Shown: piece by piece, positions 29,848-41,084 of the stretch
Layout of the letters: each line of letters starts with the position of its first letter
Position numbering within the stretch: the stretch's first letter is position 1
From: an uncultured delta proteobacterium
Lineage (GTDB): Bacteria; Desulfobacterota; Binatia; UBA9968
Length of the DNA stretch: 64,000 bases
Reading direction: 5' to 3'
Assembly (NCBI GenBank): GCA_963840855.1
Contig: CAWJBB010000069.1
Location: 56,290 to 120,289 of the forward strand
Translations under genes and position numbers: made by a program
The notes under the pieces: generated by a model
The model's input: only the letters and a program-made list of their open reading frames with translations
Database searches by the model: none
Told to the model about the DNA's origin: nothing

Positions 29848-30699
29848 ATGGAAGAGCTTCAACCGGTCAAAAGCGGCAAAGTCCAAGTCGACGACGTTAG
29901 CCTTTATTACGAGCTTTACGGCGAAGGCGATCCGCTGGTTCTTGTCGCCGGCACGGGCATCAGTCTGGCGCCCTGGCGCGTGGCTCAGGTGCCGGAGTTT
30001 GCCAAGCATTATCAAGTCCTCATCTACGACCACCGCGGCCTGGGCCGGAGCGACAAACCGGACATGCCCTATACTACGCAGCTTTTCGCCAAAGACTGCG
30101 TTGGCTTGATGGACGCTCTGGGAATAAGAAAGGCGCACATGATGGGTCATTCGATGGGGGCCCGCGTGTGCCAGTGGATCGCGCTGGATTACCCGGAAAA
30201 AGTGCGCAGTCTCGTGCTGTCGGGGCCGGGGTCGGGGAAATACCATGACAGCCTCGATTATCCGCGCGGGGTGCCCATGGACGCGGCGCTGGAGATGATC
30301 GAAAAAGGATACGAGAAATACCAGAGCGACCACTGGGGACCGGGTTTTATGTTCAGCGAGCAGTTTCTGAAGGAACACCCGGAAGTCGTGAAAAAGTATC
30401 AAGACCTCATCGTCGACGAAGTGCCGCCGCTGAAATGTTACCTGCGCCATGTGGTCGCGCGTCAGTGCCACGAAACGACGCATCTCATTCATAAAATAAA
30501 GGCCCCGACGCTGGTGATCGTAGGCAGCATGGACACCCACGAGGGCGGTACGGGCAGCCACGTCGAGTCGGCTAAGGTTCTCGCGGAAAAAATACGTAAC
30601 GCGGAACTTGTGCTCATCGAGGGCGGCCGGCACGGCTATCTCCGCGAGATGCCGGAGCGGGGCCACCCGCCGATCCTGGATTTCCTGCGGCGTCATTGA
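29848..30699 (+). CDS. Alpha/beta hydrolase (enol-lactone hydrolase-like)
   Basis: YDHRGLGRSD, GHSMG, PTLVIVG..D, GGRH. Confidence 0.9.
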   Translation: MEELQPVKSGKVQVDDVSLYYELYGEGDPLVLVAGTGISLAPWRVAQVPEFAKHYQVLIYDHRGLGRSDKPDMPYTTQLFAKDCVGLMDALGIRKAHMMGHSMGARVCQWIALDYPEKVRSLVLSGPGSGKYHDSLDYPRGVPMDAALEMIEKGYEKYQSDHWGPGFMFSEQFLKEHPEVVKKYQDLIVDEVPPLKCYLRHVVARQCHETTHLIHKIKAPTLVIVGSMDTHEGGTGSHVESAKVLAEKIRNAELVLIEGGRHGYLREMPERGHPPILDFLRRH

Positions 30700-30737
30700 G
30701 GCGTAAAATTCGCCGCGACGACCGATCGAGAGTTGTT

Positions 30738-32024
30738 ATGGACAAAAATGACATTGTCGAAAAGCAGAAAAAGTATCTTTTCTCTTGCGTTTCCACCTAC
30801 TATGACGAGCCGTTGGTCGTCGATCATGCCAAGGGTCACCTGGTTTACGACGCCGACGGCAAACAGTACTTGGACTTCTTCGGCGGCATACTTACCGTGA
30901 GCGTGGGGCATTGCAACGACAAGGTAACCCAAGCCATCGACGAACAGACCCACAAGCTGCAACATATGTCGACGCTTTACGCCAACGAACCGCAGGTGCG
31001 GCTGGCGGAGAAGCTCGCGCAGATCACCCCCGGACGTTTAGAGAAGTCATTTTTTACTAACAGCGGCACGGAGGCCAACGAGACGGCGGTCTTGCTCGCG
31101 CAGATTTACACCAAGTGCCAGGACGTGATCACCCTGCGCCACAGCTACAGCGGGCGGTCTTATTTGGCTTTGAGTTTATCGGCGCAATCGAGCTGGCGAC
31201 TCACGCCCAACGTTGTGCCCGGGGTTCATCATATCGCCAACGCCTACTGTTATCGTTGCCCCTTCGGCTTGACCTATCCAAGCTGCGATCTTAGATGCGC
31301 CAAAGACGCCGAAGAAGCGATTCAGACGATGACCTCCCAGGGCCGGGTGGCGGCCTTCCTTGCCGAGCCGATTCAAGGGGTCGGTGGCTTCATCACCCCG
31401 CCCAAGGAATATTTCAAAGAAATCGTCGGTATCATCAAAAAATATGGCGGCTTGTTTATCTGCGACGAGGTGCAGACCGGCTGGGGCCGTACTGGCGGTA
31501 AAATGTTCGGCATCGAACATTGGGGTGTCGATCCCGACATCATGACTTTCGCCAAAGGTATGGCCAATGGGGTGCCCATCGGCGCGACCATCGCCACGCC
31601 CGAAGTTGCCGACAGCTTGCAAGGCAACACGATCTCAACGTTTGGTGGCAACCCGGTGACCTGCACGGCGGCGCGCGCGACCATCGAGGTCATCGAAGAG
31701 GAAAACCTGGTGGAGAACGCCCGGATCATGGGCAACCGGTTGCGCGAAGGTCTAAACGCGCTAAAGGAGAAATACCCGATCATCGGCGACGTGCGCGGCA
31801 TGGGGTTGATGCAAGGCATGGAACTGGTGGGGGAGAAAAAGCAGCCCGATGTCGAAGGCTCTAAACGGCTTATGGAACTGACGAAAAATAATGGTCTCCT
31901 CCTCGGTAAGGGCGGCACCTACGGGAATGTAATTCGTGTTGCGCCGTCGCTGAACGTCAATCAGGATGAGATCGATCATGCGTTGAGAGTGCTGGATCAG
32001 TCTTTCGCGCAGCTGGGGCTATGA
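30738..32024 (+). CDS. Class III PLP aminotransferase (AGXT2/GabT-like)
   Basis: NSGTEANE, EPIQG, DEVQTGWGRTG, AKG lysine, TFGGNP. Confidence 0.93.
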   Translation: MDKNDIVEKQKKYLFSCVSTYYDEPLVVDHAKGHLVYDADGKQYLDFFGGILTVSVGHCNDKVTQAIDEQTHKLQHMSTLYANEPQVRLAEKLAQITPGRLEKSFFTNSGTEANETAVLLAQIYTKCQDVITLRHSYSGRSYLALSLSAQSSWRLTPNVVPGVHHIANAYCYRCPFGLTYPSCDLRCAKDAEEAIQTMTSQGRVAAFLAEPIQGVGGFITPPKEYFKEIVGIIKKYGGLFICDEVQTGWGRTGGKMFGIEHWGVDPDIMTFAKGMANGVPIGATIATPEVADSLQGNTISTFGGNPVTCTAARATIEVIEEENLVENARIMGNRLREGLNALKEKYPIIGDVRGMGLMQGMELVGEKKQPDVEGSKRLMELTKNNGLLLGKGGTYGNVIRVAPSLNVNQDEIDHALRVLDQSFAQLGL

Positions 32025-32141
32025 CGTTTCGTAAAAACACTGATTCGAATTGACAAGATCTCGTATAGTTCACACGGCAAGATGATCAACAGCGAAGCGA
32101 CGAATCTTTGTTCCCGTGGCCCACATCAGGGGACCTGAACC

Positions 32142-33143
32142 ATGCACACGCTCGCTCGCAGAATTGTTGGGGCCGTGCCGGTCATCATCGGCATCTCCTT
32201 TCTCATTTTTCTCTTGATGCACATCGCCCCCGGGGATCCGGTATCCTTGTTGCTCGGCGATAACGCCACTCCTGAAGATATTGCGCGCACGCGCCACGAA
32301 TGGGGACTCGACCGGCCGCTGATGGTGCAGTACTGGGAATTTCTTAGCCGGGCTGTGCGCGGTGACTTTGGCCGGTCGCTCAAGTTCAACGAGCCGGTCA
32401 TGAAATTGGTCTGGGAGCGGCTGCCCGCGACCCTCGAGCTGGCGTTCGCGAGTTTCCTGGTGGCCATTCTCGTAGCGATTCCCCTCGGGGTCTATTCCGC
32501 CATCAAACATAACTCCCTACTCGACCACGCGGGCATGAGCGTGGCGCTCATCGGCGTTTCTCTGCCTAATTTTTGGCTTGGAATCATGCTCATCTATTTT
32601 CTCGGCGGCCAGTTAAACCTCTTGCCTGTGGCCGGGCGCATCGAGTATGGCATCGAAGTGCAGCCGATTACCCGGCTATACCTGGTGGACAGTTTGCTTG
32701 CGGGAAATTTCACGGCTTTTTGGAGCGCTTTGCGGCACCTGTTGATGCCGGCGTTTACTCTCGGCACAAGTCTGGCGGCCATCGTTACGCGCATTGCGCG
32801 CTCCAGCGTGCTCGAAGTCATGCGCCAGGATTTTGTTACCACCGCCCGCGCCAAGGGGCTCAGCGAAAAGGTCGTGATCTGGCGCCATATTCTAAGAAAC
32901 GCGATGATCACGATCGTGACCATCCTCGGCTTGCAACTGGGCGCGCTGCTGAACGGCTCGGTGATTACCGAGACGGTTTTTTCGTATCCCGGCATCGGCG
33001 ACCTGTTGATTCAGTCCATCTCAGCCCGCGACTATAAGCTGACACAGGTCCTGATTCTGTTTTTTGCGGTGATGTATTTTGCCGTGAACTTGTTGGTCGA
33101 TATGCTTTATAGCTGGATAGACCCACGCATCAAGCTCTCATAG
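32142..33143 (+). CDS. Peptide/nickel ABC transporter permease (DppB-like)
   Basis: PGDP, GDFGRS, RLPATLEL, TARAKGL. Confidence 0.93.
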   Translation: MHTLARRIVGAVPVIIGISFLIFLLMHIAPGDPVSLLLGDNATPEDIARTRHEWGLDRPLMVQYWEFLSRAVRGDFGRSLKFNEPVMKLVWERLPATLELAFASFLVAILVAIPLGVYSAIKHNSLLDHAGMSVALIGVSLPNFWLGIMLIYFLGGQLNLLPVAGRIEYGIEVQPITRLYLVDSLLAGNFTAFWSALRHLLMPAFTLGTSLAAIVTRIARSSVLEVMRQDFVTTARAKGLSEKVVIWRHILRNAMITIVTILGLQLGALLNGSVITETVFSYPGIGDLLIQSISARDYKLTQVLILFFAVMYFAVNLLVDMLYSWIDPRIKLS

Positions 33144-33240
33144 CGAGAGCCGGCTTGATCGAAGCGCGGGGGAATACTATGAAGAGAAGCGGCTTGTTAT
33201 TGGACGAACGGCAATGCCAAACCGGTTGCGGAGTTGACTC

Positions 33241-34083
33241 ATGATGTCCGTTATCCGCTTCCTCAAAATCTGGGTGGGCGGCATGATTCTGATCGTGCTT
33301 TTAATCTGCGGCTTGGGCGCGCCATGGCTGGCTCCCCATGATCCCCAGGCGCAGACCCTAGAGGACCGGCTCAAGCCGCCGCGCTGGATGGACAGTGGTT
33401 CGCCGGCGTACTTGCTAGGCACAGATAACCTCGGCCGCGATATGCTGAGTCGGATTATCTATGGCTCACGGATTTCGCTGCTGGTAGGAGCGGCAACGGT
33501 CATTTTGGCCGGTTTAATCGGCTGCGCATTGGGCGCCGCGTCGGGTTATTTCGGCAAGGTTACCGACGAAATTGTCAGCAAGATCTCAGAAATTTTCTTG
33601 GCTTTTCCTTTTCTCCTCATCGCCATAGCCATCATGGCCTTCTTGGGACAGGGGCTTTTTAATCTTATTTTTGCGCTAATGCTCAGCCGCTGGGTGCAGT
33701 ATTGCCGGGTCGTGCGGGGTGAAGTGCTTTCGCTGAAGGAGCGCGATTTTGTCACTGCGGCCAAAGCTCTGGGCGGCAGAGACTTCTATGTTCTCCTGCG
33801 CCATGTCGTGCCCAATACCTTTTCCAGTATCACCGTCATTGCGACGTTCGCCATGGCGGTCGTAATCATTTCGGAAGCGAGCTTGAGCTTCCTCGGGTTG
33901 GGGGTACCGGCCCATATCGCCACCTGGGGCTCCATGCTGAGCGAAGGGCGGAGCTATATCAATCGCGCGCCCTGGCTGACGATCTTTCCCGGTATGGCGA
34001 TTTTCGTAACGGTATTCGGCATCAATTTGCTCGGCGACGGGCTGAGGGATATCTTCGATCCCAAGCTGCGCAGGCAGAGATAG
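33241..34083 (+). CDS. Peptide/nickel ABC transporter permease (DppC-like)
   Basis: LGTDNLGRD.LSR..YG.R.SL, EASLSFLGLG, GDGLRD..DP. Confidence 0.93.
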   Translation: MMSVIRFLKIWVGGMILIVLLICGLGAPWLAPHDPQAQTLEDRLKPPRWMDSGSPAYLLGTDNLGRDMLSRIIYGSRISLLVGAATVILAGLIGCALGAASGYFGKVTDEIVSKISEIFLAFPFLLIAIAIMAFLGQGLFNLIFALMLSRWVQYCRVVRGEVLSLKERDFVTAAKALGGRDFYVLLRHVVPNTFSSITVIATFAMAVVIISEASLSFLGLGVPAHIATWGSMLSEGRSYINRAPWLTIFPGMAIFVTVFGINLLGDGLRDIFDPKLRRQR

Positions 34084-34150
34084 AAAACGAGACAGGCAGA
34101 GGGACCGAGCACATGAGTTTACGCTTCTGATGTAAACGCAAGGAGGGGCT

Positions 34151-35690
34151 ATGGCAAGAAAGACGCGGGGAATCACCAGACGCGACTTTTTGAAACGGAG
34201 CGCAGCGGCGGGCGTCGGCGCGATGGTTGGAGCGTTATGTTGCGCGCGACGCTTTCGCGGCCACGCGTGATCGCGTGACTATTTACCACTCGAGCGTGGC
34301 TGATTCGACCCATCCTTATAATCACAGCTCCAGTCCGATCTACGGCAACTGGCAGCATGTCATCGAACCTCTGGTGGAACTCGACTACCAGAAAAAAGAT
34401 TATGTCGGCGTGCTCGCCGAGTCGTGGCAGTTTCAGGGAAACAAATGGGTGTTCAAGCTCAGAAAAGGCGTCAAGTTTCATAACGGCGCGCCGTTAACGT
34501 CGAAAGACGTGGCATTTTCCATCGAGAAAATGCGCGACGAAAAGGGCGGCAGCCTGCAAGCGCCGAATTTTAAGGACGTCACCGAGATCCAAACACCCGA
34601 TGATCAGACCGTCATCTTTGTCACCAAGCAGCCCTTCGCCGTGTTCCTAGACCGGCTGGAGAATCGTTTTATTGTCAGCAAAGAGGCTGTCGAGAAATCC
34701 GGCGACCCGTGGTACCAGAACCTGATCGGCACCGGGCCTTACAAGTTCGTGAGCCATCAGCGCGGCGGCAACATGGTCTTCACCCGCAACGACGAGTACT
34801 GGGGTGGCAAGGCGGCGATCAAAGAGGTGGTCTTCCGAAAAGTCACGGAGGAAGCGGCGCGCCTCGCCGCCCTCGAATCCGGTCAAGCCGACTTCATCAA
34901 CAATATTCCGGTGCATGAGGTGGCGCGGTTGCAACGCCACCCGCGCGTCCGAATCGACCAGGTCGAAGGGCTGCGAATGTTTTTTTTGGCGATGAACTTT
35001 GCGATGAAGCCATTCGACAACAAACTCGTGCGCCAGGCGGTCAATTATTCCATAGACGCGCCTTCCATCGTGAAAAATATCTTTGATAATATCGGCTATC
35101 CCTGCAACGGCCCGGTGGGCGCCAACGTCATCGGCGCCGATCCGAAACACAAACGCTACCCCTATGATCCGAAAACGGCTAGGGAGCTTCTGGCAAAGGC
35201 TGGGTACCCCAATGGGTGCGACGTGCAGCTTTACTTTTCAGCCGGACGCTATCCCAAAGACAAGGAGGTCTGCCAGGTCGTCGCCGCGCAAATGGTCAAG
35301 GGCGGCTTCAGAGTCGAACTGATCTCGCAGGAGTGGGCCCTGTTTTGGGACAGGGAAGGCGTGAACGGCGGCAAGCTGCCGTTTTATTACATCGGGCGCG
35401 GTTCATTGACCGATGCGGATACGCTGTATGACCAGTACTTCCGCACGGGCACGACCAAACGAACCAATTACAGCAATCCAAAGCTCGACAAGATTATCGA
35501 AGAGCAGCAGAAGACCGCCGACACTAAGAAGCGGGTGGCATTGCTGCAGCAAGCGGGAAAATTCATCATGGATGAAGCGCTTTTCGTGCCGCTCTATAAT
35601 CTCGCGGATATCTACGGGGCAGCGAAAAATCTCGCCTGGAAGAAGCGGCCGGATGAAAAAATTCTCGGCTGGGAAATGAAAATTCAATAG
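34151..35690 (+). CDS. Family 5 (DppA-like) solute-binding protein with Tat signal, frameshift near 34228
   Basis: The ATG at 34151 follows AGGAGG and gives MARKTRGITRRDFLK. The body is in another frame: LRKGVKFHNG, GTGPYKF. Confidence 0.88.
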
Positions 35691-35780
35691 TAGAAGTGAT
35701 TCCTTACCGCTGGGTTTTTAGTTTGCGTGTCCTCGTGGAAGTGCAATAGAGGAACCGATCTCAATCAAGGGAGGTGAGAT

Positions 35781-37313
35781 ATGCGCTTAACCCATGACGG
35801 AGTCAATCGGAGAGATTTTTTAAAGCAAAGCGCCTTGGCCGGAATGAGCCTTGTTGCAAACGCTTCTTTGCCAAAAGCCGGCCACTCGGCTTCAGCAGAT
35901 CGGCTGACGATATTAACCAGCGTGAGTTTGAGTTCTCTCCATCCCTACAATTATTCGTCAAGCCCGGAATATGGCATCTGGAATCACATGGCCGAGTCTC
36001 TAGTGGAAGTTGATTACGTCAAGATGGGCTACGCCGGCGTGCTCGCCGAATCATGGGAATTTCAAGGTAAGAAATGGGTTTTCAATCTCAGAAAAGGGGT
36101 GCGTTTTCACGATGGGTCGCCGTTTACCGCCAAGGACGTGATTCATTCTTTCCAGCGGCTCTTGAACGATAAGACAAGCCCGCAGCGTTACGTTTTGACG
36201 GATATCACCGAAATGAAAGCCGGGGACGATCACACTCTCATCTTGACGACCAAGGAACCGACCGCGGTCATGATTGAACGATTGACGAACCGAAACATCC
36301 TCAGTAAGACGGCGGCTGATAAATACGGCAGTGACGTTGATCAGTATCCAACCGGGACCGGTCCGTACAAGTTCGTCAGCTGGCAGAGAGATGGCCAGCT
36401 CGTATTGACGCGCAACGACGACTATTGGAGAGGCAAAGCGGCGATCAAAGAAATCGTAACAAAGAAAGTAGGAGAGGATGCGGCCCGCGTCTCGGCCTTG
36501 CTGGCCGGGCAAGGCGATGTCATTAACAATGTTCCCGTGGAAGAGATCGGACGCATCGAAGGCAATCCGAGGACTCGTATCGAGAGAGCGCAGGGACAGC
36601 GGATGTATTTTCTGGCGCTTAACCCCGTCTTTAAGCCATTCGACAATAAGCTCGTACGGCAGGCCTTTAATTATGCCATCGATCCTTCGGTCATTATCAA
36701 GCATATCTACGAAGGAAATGGCTACGTCATGGACGGGCCGGTGGCGTCGAATGTGATTGGGGCCGATCCCAGTATCAAACGATATCCGCTCGATCCGAAT
36801 AAGGCGAAGGATCTTTTGGCGAAAGCGGGCTATCCGAACGGCGTTGACGTCAAGCTTTACCTGGCCCCCGACCGTTATCCCAAGGCTCGGGAAGTTTGCC
36901 AAGTGATCGCGGATCAGTTGCGCAAAGCGGGAGTTAGAACGGAGCTGGTGACACAAGAGTTTGCCATATGGTGGGGCCAAGAAGGGGTCAACGGCGGTAA
37001 ACTTCCCTTCTATTACGTTGGCCGCCCGGCCGTCGATGCGGACACGCTGTACGAACAGTACTTCCGTTCCGGCGTGACAAAGCGGATTCAATATAAGAAT
37101 CCTGAGTTGGACAAACTCATCGACGAAGAGCAAACCACCGGGGATATGAAAAAACGAATTGAGCTATTGCGACAGGCGGGTCGTATACTCATGGAAGACG
37201 TTCCGTACGTTCCCTTGTATACGCTGGCTGAGATCTATGGTGTCGCGCGGAACGTGATCTGGAAGGCAAAACCGGGAGAAAGTGTTCTAGCTTACGAGAT
37301 GAAAATCCGCTGA
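35781..37313 (+). CDS. Family 5 (DppA-like) solute-binding protein with Tat signal
   Basis: NRRDFLK Tat motif; tandem paralog of 34151-35690. Confidence 0.92.
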   Translation: MRLTHDGVNRRDFLKQSALAGMSLVANASLPKAGHSASADRLTILTSVSLSSLHPYNYSSSPEYGIWNHMAESLVEVDYVKMGYAGVLAESWEFQGKKWVFNLRKGVRFHDGSPFTAKDVIHSFQRLLNDKTSPQRYVLTDITEMKAGDDHTLILTTKEPTAVMIERLTNRNILSKTAADKYGSDVDQYPTGTGPYKFVSWQRDGQLVLTRNDDYWRGKAAIKEIVTKKVGEDAARVSALLAGQGDVINNVPVEEIGRIEGNPRTRIERAQGQRMYFLALNPVFKPFDNKLVRQAFNYAIDPSVIIKHIYEGNGYVMDGPVASNVIGADPSIKRYPLDPNKAKDLLAKAGYPNGVDVKLYLAPDRYPKAREVCQVIADQLRKAGVRTELVTQEFAIWWGQEGVNGGKLPFYYVGRPAVDADTLYEQYFRSGVTKRIQYKNPELDKLIDEEQTTGDMKKRIELLRQAGRILMEDVPYVPLYTLAEIYGVARNVIWKAKPGESVLAYEMKIR

Positions 37314-37535
37314 CGGCACAGGTCCGGTCGGCTCTTTGGCGCAAGGGGGGACAGGCCGATCGGATTATAGGGGGCGGTAACCCACGCTACGCTGAATTCA
37401 TGGCGCCGATGTCAAGAATTTGACAACTGAGAAACGTTTTTTGTCTATTTGCTGGCAAATGCATTCCGCTTGAAGAACCATTTGGTAAAAAGAAGCCGTC
37501 ACGTGAAGATCTGGCTCCGATCTTCATGAAGATTT

Positions 37536-37550
37536 TGGCACGCTCGTTGC
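37536..37550 (+). promoter_or_regulatory. Sigma-54 (-24/-12) promoter
   Basis: TGGCACGCTCGTTGC, a near-perfect match to the consensus. Confidence 0.75.
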
Positions 37551-37566
37551 TTTCTAAAAACGCATT

Positions 37567-38115
37567 GTGACCAACTTGCCCCACCCGATAGAGCTGGCCA
37601 GCCGGCCGGCCAACTACTATTCCTACACATTGCGCTGCGTTGGGCAAAACCTGGAAGGTATGGACCTCAAGTCCCTCGAGGTTAAAACTCAGGGTGACAA
37701 GTTTATCGTCCAGGGGTGCAGCAAGAAAGCCTCAACAAACACGATGGACATCCTGAAGCGCTACGGTCCCGACGACATCAAGAAACTGGATGAAATGGGC
37801 AAGGCGCAGCGAAAACGTGGTTCCCGGCCGTCGAATCTCCTGAGCCTATCCCAAGTGCTCCGCTTCTGCGGGAACTATGTCGACCGGCTCCGCGGGCGCT
37901 TGATCCGGGTATCCTGGCAGGACCAGAACGACAAGATTCAGTCGATTACAATTCAGTTCGAGCCATACGAAGAGGGCCGAAGCGGAAAAAGCGATTCGCC
38001 GGTCACGACCATTGAGGAGCTTTGCATCCACGTCTATAAACAGCGGAAAAAGATCACCACCGGCATCGAGAAACCCTGGCAGCGCCACGGCCCCGGTGCG
38101 TTTGAGGGATTCTAA
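37567..38115 (+). CDS. Hypothetical protein
   Basis: 182-aa ORF downstream of a sigma-54 promoter; start uncertain. Confidence 0.7.
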   Translation: MTNLPHPIELASRPANYYSYTLRCVGQNLEGMDLKSLEVKTQGDKFIVQGCSKKASTNTMDILKRYGPDDIKKLDEMGKAQRKRGSRPSNLLSLSQVLRFCGNYVDRLRGRLIRVSWQDQNDKIQSITIQFEPYEEGRSGKSDSPVTTIEELCIHVYKQRKKITTGIEKPWQRHGPGAFEGF

Positions 38116-38168
38116 ATCGCACCACCCATGATCTGGTGCGAACAAAGGCCGCCATCAACTCGGCGGTC

Positions 38169-39812
38169 TCACGCCTGATATTTTATTTCCCCGCCGACAA
38201 TCGTCATTTCGACTTTTAGGTCCTTGATTTTCTCCGGTTGAATCTCGAACGGGTCTTCGGCCAACACCGCGATGTCCGCGAGTTTGCCGGCTTCAAGAGT
38301 TCCCTTATCGTTTTCCTCGAAGCCCACCCATGAAGCGGTGGTTGTGTGCATCGCGAATGCTTCGGCGACGCTGATTCGTTCTTCCGGCACCCACACCTCG
38401 CCCCAGCGCATCCTGCGCGAGACGCAGGCCGAAATATCTCGCAAGGCGTCCACCGGCCAATAGCCTGGGGAGTCGGAGCCGCCGGCGATGATCACGCCGT
38501 TCCTTAGGAGCGTTCTGAACGGGAAGGCTTTCGTGAGCCGTTTCTCGCCGACGCAATCGAGAATGGCGTCACCGACATAATAGCCAATGGCAATGTTGGG
38601 GATCGCCACAATGCCCGAGCGCACCATGCGCTGCATCCGCTCCTGTGTCGCCAACCAGTTGCCCATATGCTCGATGCGGTGGCGGTGGTCCTTGCGCGGC
38701 GAGTTTTCAATGGCGCTCTCATATGCATCCAGCGCCATGTCGAAAGCGCGGTCGCCGATGGCATGCACGCAGCAGCGCAATCCCGCTTCGTGGCATTTGC
38801 GCACGGTTTCATTCAGTTCGTCTTGCTGAATTCTGATGATGCCGTGATTGTGCTCATCGTCTTCATAGGGCTCGTAAAAGCACGCGTTGCGTCCAGTGAT
38901 GCCGCCATCGATGCTCATCTTGACGCCGCCCACTCTCAGCCACTCGTTGCCGAAACCGGTGATCAGGCCGAGCTCAATCAGACTTTTCGATTCGATCATG
39001 GATTCGATGACGCGCGGCAAAATGCTCACCCGGGCGTGCATGCGGCCTTCCTTATAAATCTCCTGATAAGCGCGCACAGGATCGGCATAGCGTACGATGT
39101 CGTGAACCGTCGTCACGCCGCGTTCCAGACACTGATTCAAGGCAAAAACAATACCGCTTTTCAGCTGGAGATAGTTGAACTCCGGCGCGACTTTTTTAAG
39201 AATTAATTGTGCGCGCTCGTGCAGCTCGCCGGTGGGTTCCCCGGTCTGGGGATTTTTTGTGATATGTCCGCCGGCGGGGTCGGGTGTGTCGCGGGTGATC
39301 TTGGCGGTTTCGAGGGCTTTACTATTTCCGATAGTGATATGGGCGCCGAAAGAAATCGAAACCGGATTGTCAGGTACGACACCGTCCAGATCGCGCTTGT
39401 CGGGAAATCGTTTATCCGTCAGGCGGAAATCTTGCATCGGGCTGCCATGGGCGACGATCCATGATCCCGTCGGCGCGCTGGCCGACGCGCTGGCGAGCCG
39501 TTGCAGAATATCTGCGATCGAGTGGACGCCGACGTAGAAGTCGCGGCAGTCGACCAGCTCCATCTCCGCGGTGCCTTTTTCCGAGAGATGGACGTGAGTA
39601 TCCGTCAGACCGGGGATGGCCGGGCGGCCATGGAGATCGATGACCTGTGTATCGGGACCCGCGAGCCGGCGCATGTCATCGGAATCTCCCGTCGCGACAA
39701 TCCGGCCGCCGATGCAAGCCAGGGCCTGACAAGTTGAAGTTTCCGTTACGAAAGTACGAATCTTGCCGTTGTGAAGAACTAAATCGGGATAAGGTAAAGG
39801 TCGTGCCTTCAT
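38169..39812 (-). CDS. Amidohydrolase, YtcJ-like (Amidohydro_3)
   Basis: PGLTDTHVH, K..IDG, HAIGDRA, RHRIEH, GSDSP, GKLAD. Confidence 0.92.
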   Translation of the reverse strand: MKARPLPYPDLVLHNGKIRTFVTETSTCQALACIGGRIVATGDSDDMRRLAGPDTQVIDLHGRPAIPGLTDTHVHLSEKGTAEMELVDCRDFYVGVHSIADILQRLASASASAPTGSWIVAHGSPMQDFRLTDKRFPDKRDLDGVVPDNPVSISFGAHITIGNSKALETAKITRDTPDPAGGHITKNPQTGEPTGELHERAQLILKKVAPEFNYLQLKSGIVFALNQCLERGVTTVHDIVRYADPVRAYQEIYKEGRMHARVSILPRVIESMIESKSLIELGLITGFGNEWLRVGGVKMSIDGGITGRNACFYEPYEDDEHNHGIIRIQQDELNETVRKCHEAGLRCCVHAIGDRAFDMALDAYESAIENSPRKDHRHRIEHMGNWLATQERMQRMVRSGIVAIPNIAIGYYVGDAILDCVGEKRLTKAFPFRTLLRNGVIIAGGSDSPGYWPVDALRDISACVSRRMRWGEVWVPEERISVAEAFAMHTTTASWVGFEENDKGTLEAGKLADIAVLAEDPFEIQPEKIKDLKVEMTIVGGEIKYQA

Positions 39813-40131
39813 GGCGCAGGCTCCTCCTTGTTCACTCGATACTGTTAGGCTATAGGTCGCTTCGTTAAACGAAGTCAACCGCAGACCACGGCTATGCCGC
39901 AAAGAAAAAGCACATAGAATACTGCGCCAAGCCAGTTCAACTAGTTCAAGCCGTTCAAATCGTTCAAATCGTTCAAACCATCCGGGCCCGCGTGCTTATT
40001 TTCGGATTGCTGATCCCATTAGTTTGGATCGGCCAGGTCATTGGCCGCCGTTTTGGCGTTCAAGAACAGATATAGCGTGACGAGGATGCGTTTTCGATGT
40101 AGGGATAAGCTAGAATCAAAGGAGAACGACA

Positions 40132-40977
40132 ATGGGAAAAGAAACTTTCACATGGCCGAATAACGCGCGGATCGCGTTCGTGCTCGGCATCGCCTTCGAA
40201 TGTTGGGACAGGAACAAGCCGTCGCGCGGCGGGGCGCTGCAGGCGCCGCTACCGGCAAATGCGCTTTGCAAGCGCGACTATTCCACTGAGACGTTCAGGG
40301 ATTTTGGCGGCAAAATCGGCGTCAGGCGGCTCCTCGATATTTGCGACAAGTACGGTCTGAAAGTGAGCATGCCGATCAATGGTCTCACCTGTGAGTATTG
40401 GCCCGAACTCGTGAGGTATGCCCATAACCGCGGTCATGAACTGGTCGCTCATGGTTGGGATCAAGGCGAGTATCTGTACATGCTCACGCGCGAGCAAGAG
40501 CGGGAAAATATCTTTAATACCGTAGACGCGATTACGAAATTGACCGGGGAGAAGCCTACGGGCTGGTCTTCGCCGGGCGTGCGTTCGACGCACAATACTC
40601 TGGAATTAAACGTCGAAGCCGGCCTGCTCTACAACTGCGACTACCATGACGACGAGATGCCGTATCCGCGCATGATCGGCGACAAGATGCTGATCATGAT
40701 TCCGCACCAGTACACGATCAACGATCACCGCGTGGAAGAGGAAGGCACTCGCCATGACTTTTTTGACAAGTTCAAAGACGAGTTCGATTACCGTTACAAA
40801 ATCGGCGACGCGGAGCCAACGATGATGAATGTGATCACCCACGCCTATCTGAGTTCGCGGGTTCCGCTGATTGACACGTTTGAACAGATCATCAGGTACG
40901 CCAAAAGCCACGAGGATGTCTGGTTCGCCCGGCGCGGCGACATCGCGGCGTGGGCGAGGAAATATTACGAGGGATGA
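40132..40977 (+). CDS. Polysaccharide deacetylase family protein (PuuE-like)
   Basis: GHELVAHGW, P.GW.SPG, DDEMPY, VWFA…IA.W. Confidence 0.88.
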   Translation: MGKETFTWPNNARIAFVLGIAFECWDRNKPSRGGALQAPLPANALCKRDYSTETFRDFGGKIGVRRLLDICDKYGLKVSMPINGLTCEYWPELVRYAHNRGHELVAHGWDQGEYLYMLTREQERENIFNTVDAITKLTGEKPTGWSSPGVRSTHNTLELNVEAGLLYNCDYHDDEMPYPRMIGDKMLIMIPHQYTINDHRVEEEGTRHDFFDKFKDEFDYRYKIGDAEPTMMNVITHAYLSSRVPLIDTFEQIIRYAKSHEDVWFARRGDIAAWARKYYEG

Positions 40978-41084
40978 TAGTTATTGTTCCAGCCGTTCAA
41001 AACGTTCAAATCGTTCAAGTCGTCGGAATCATGCGTAGATTACCCTGACACCTGCCCCCCGAAGCCTGAAACCTAAAAGGGCCG

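Noticed and set aside
29779-30696. Long antisense ORFs (also 27211-28059, 36051-37133, 50320-51216)
   Set aside because: They fully overlap well-supported genes on the other strand and have no recognisable motifs.
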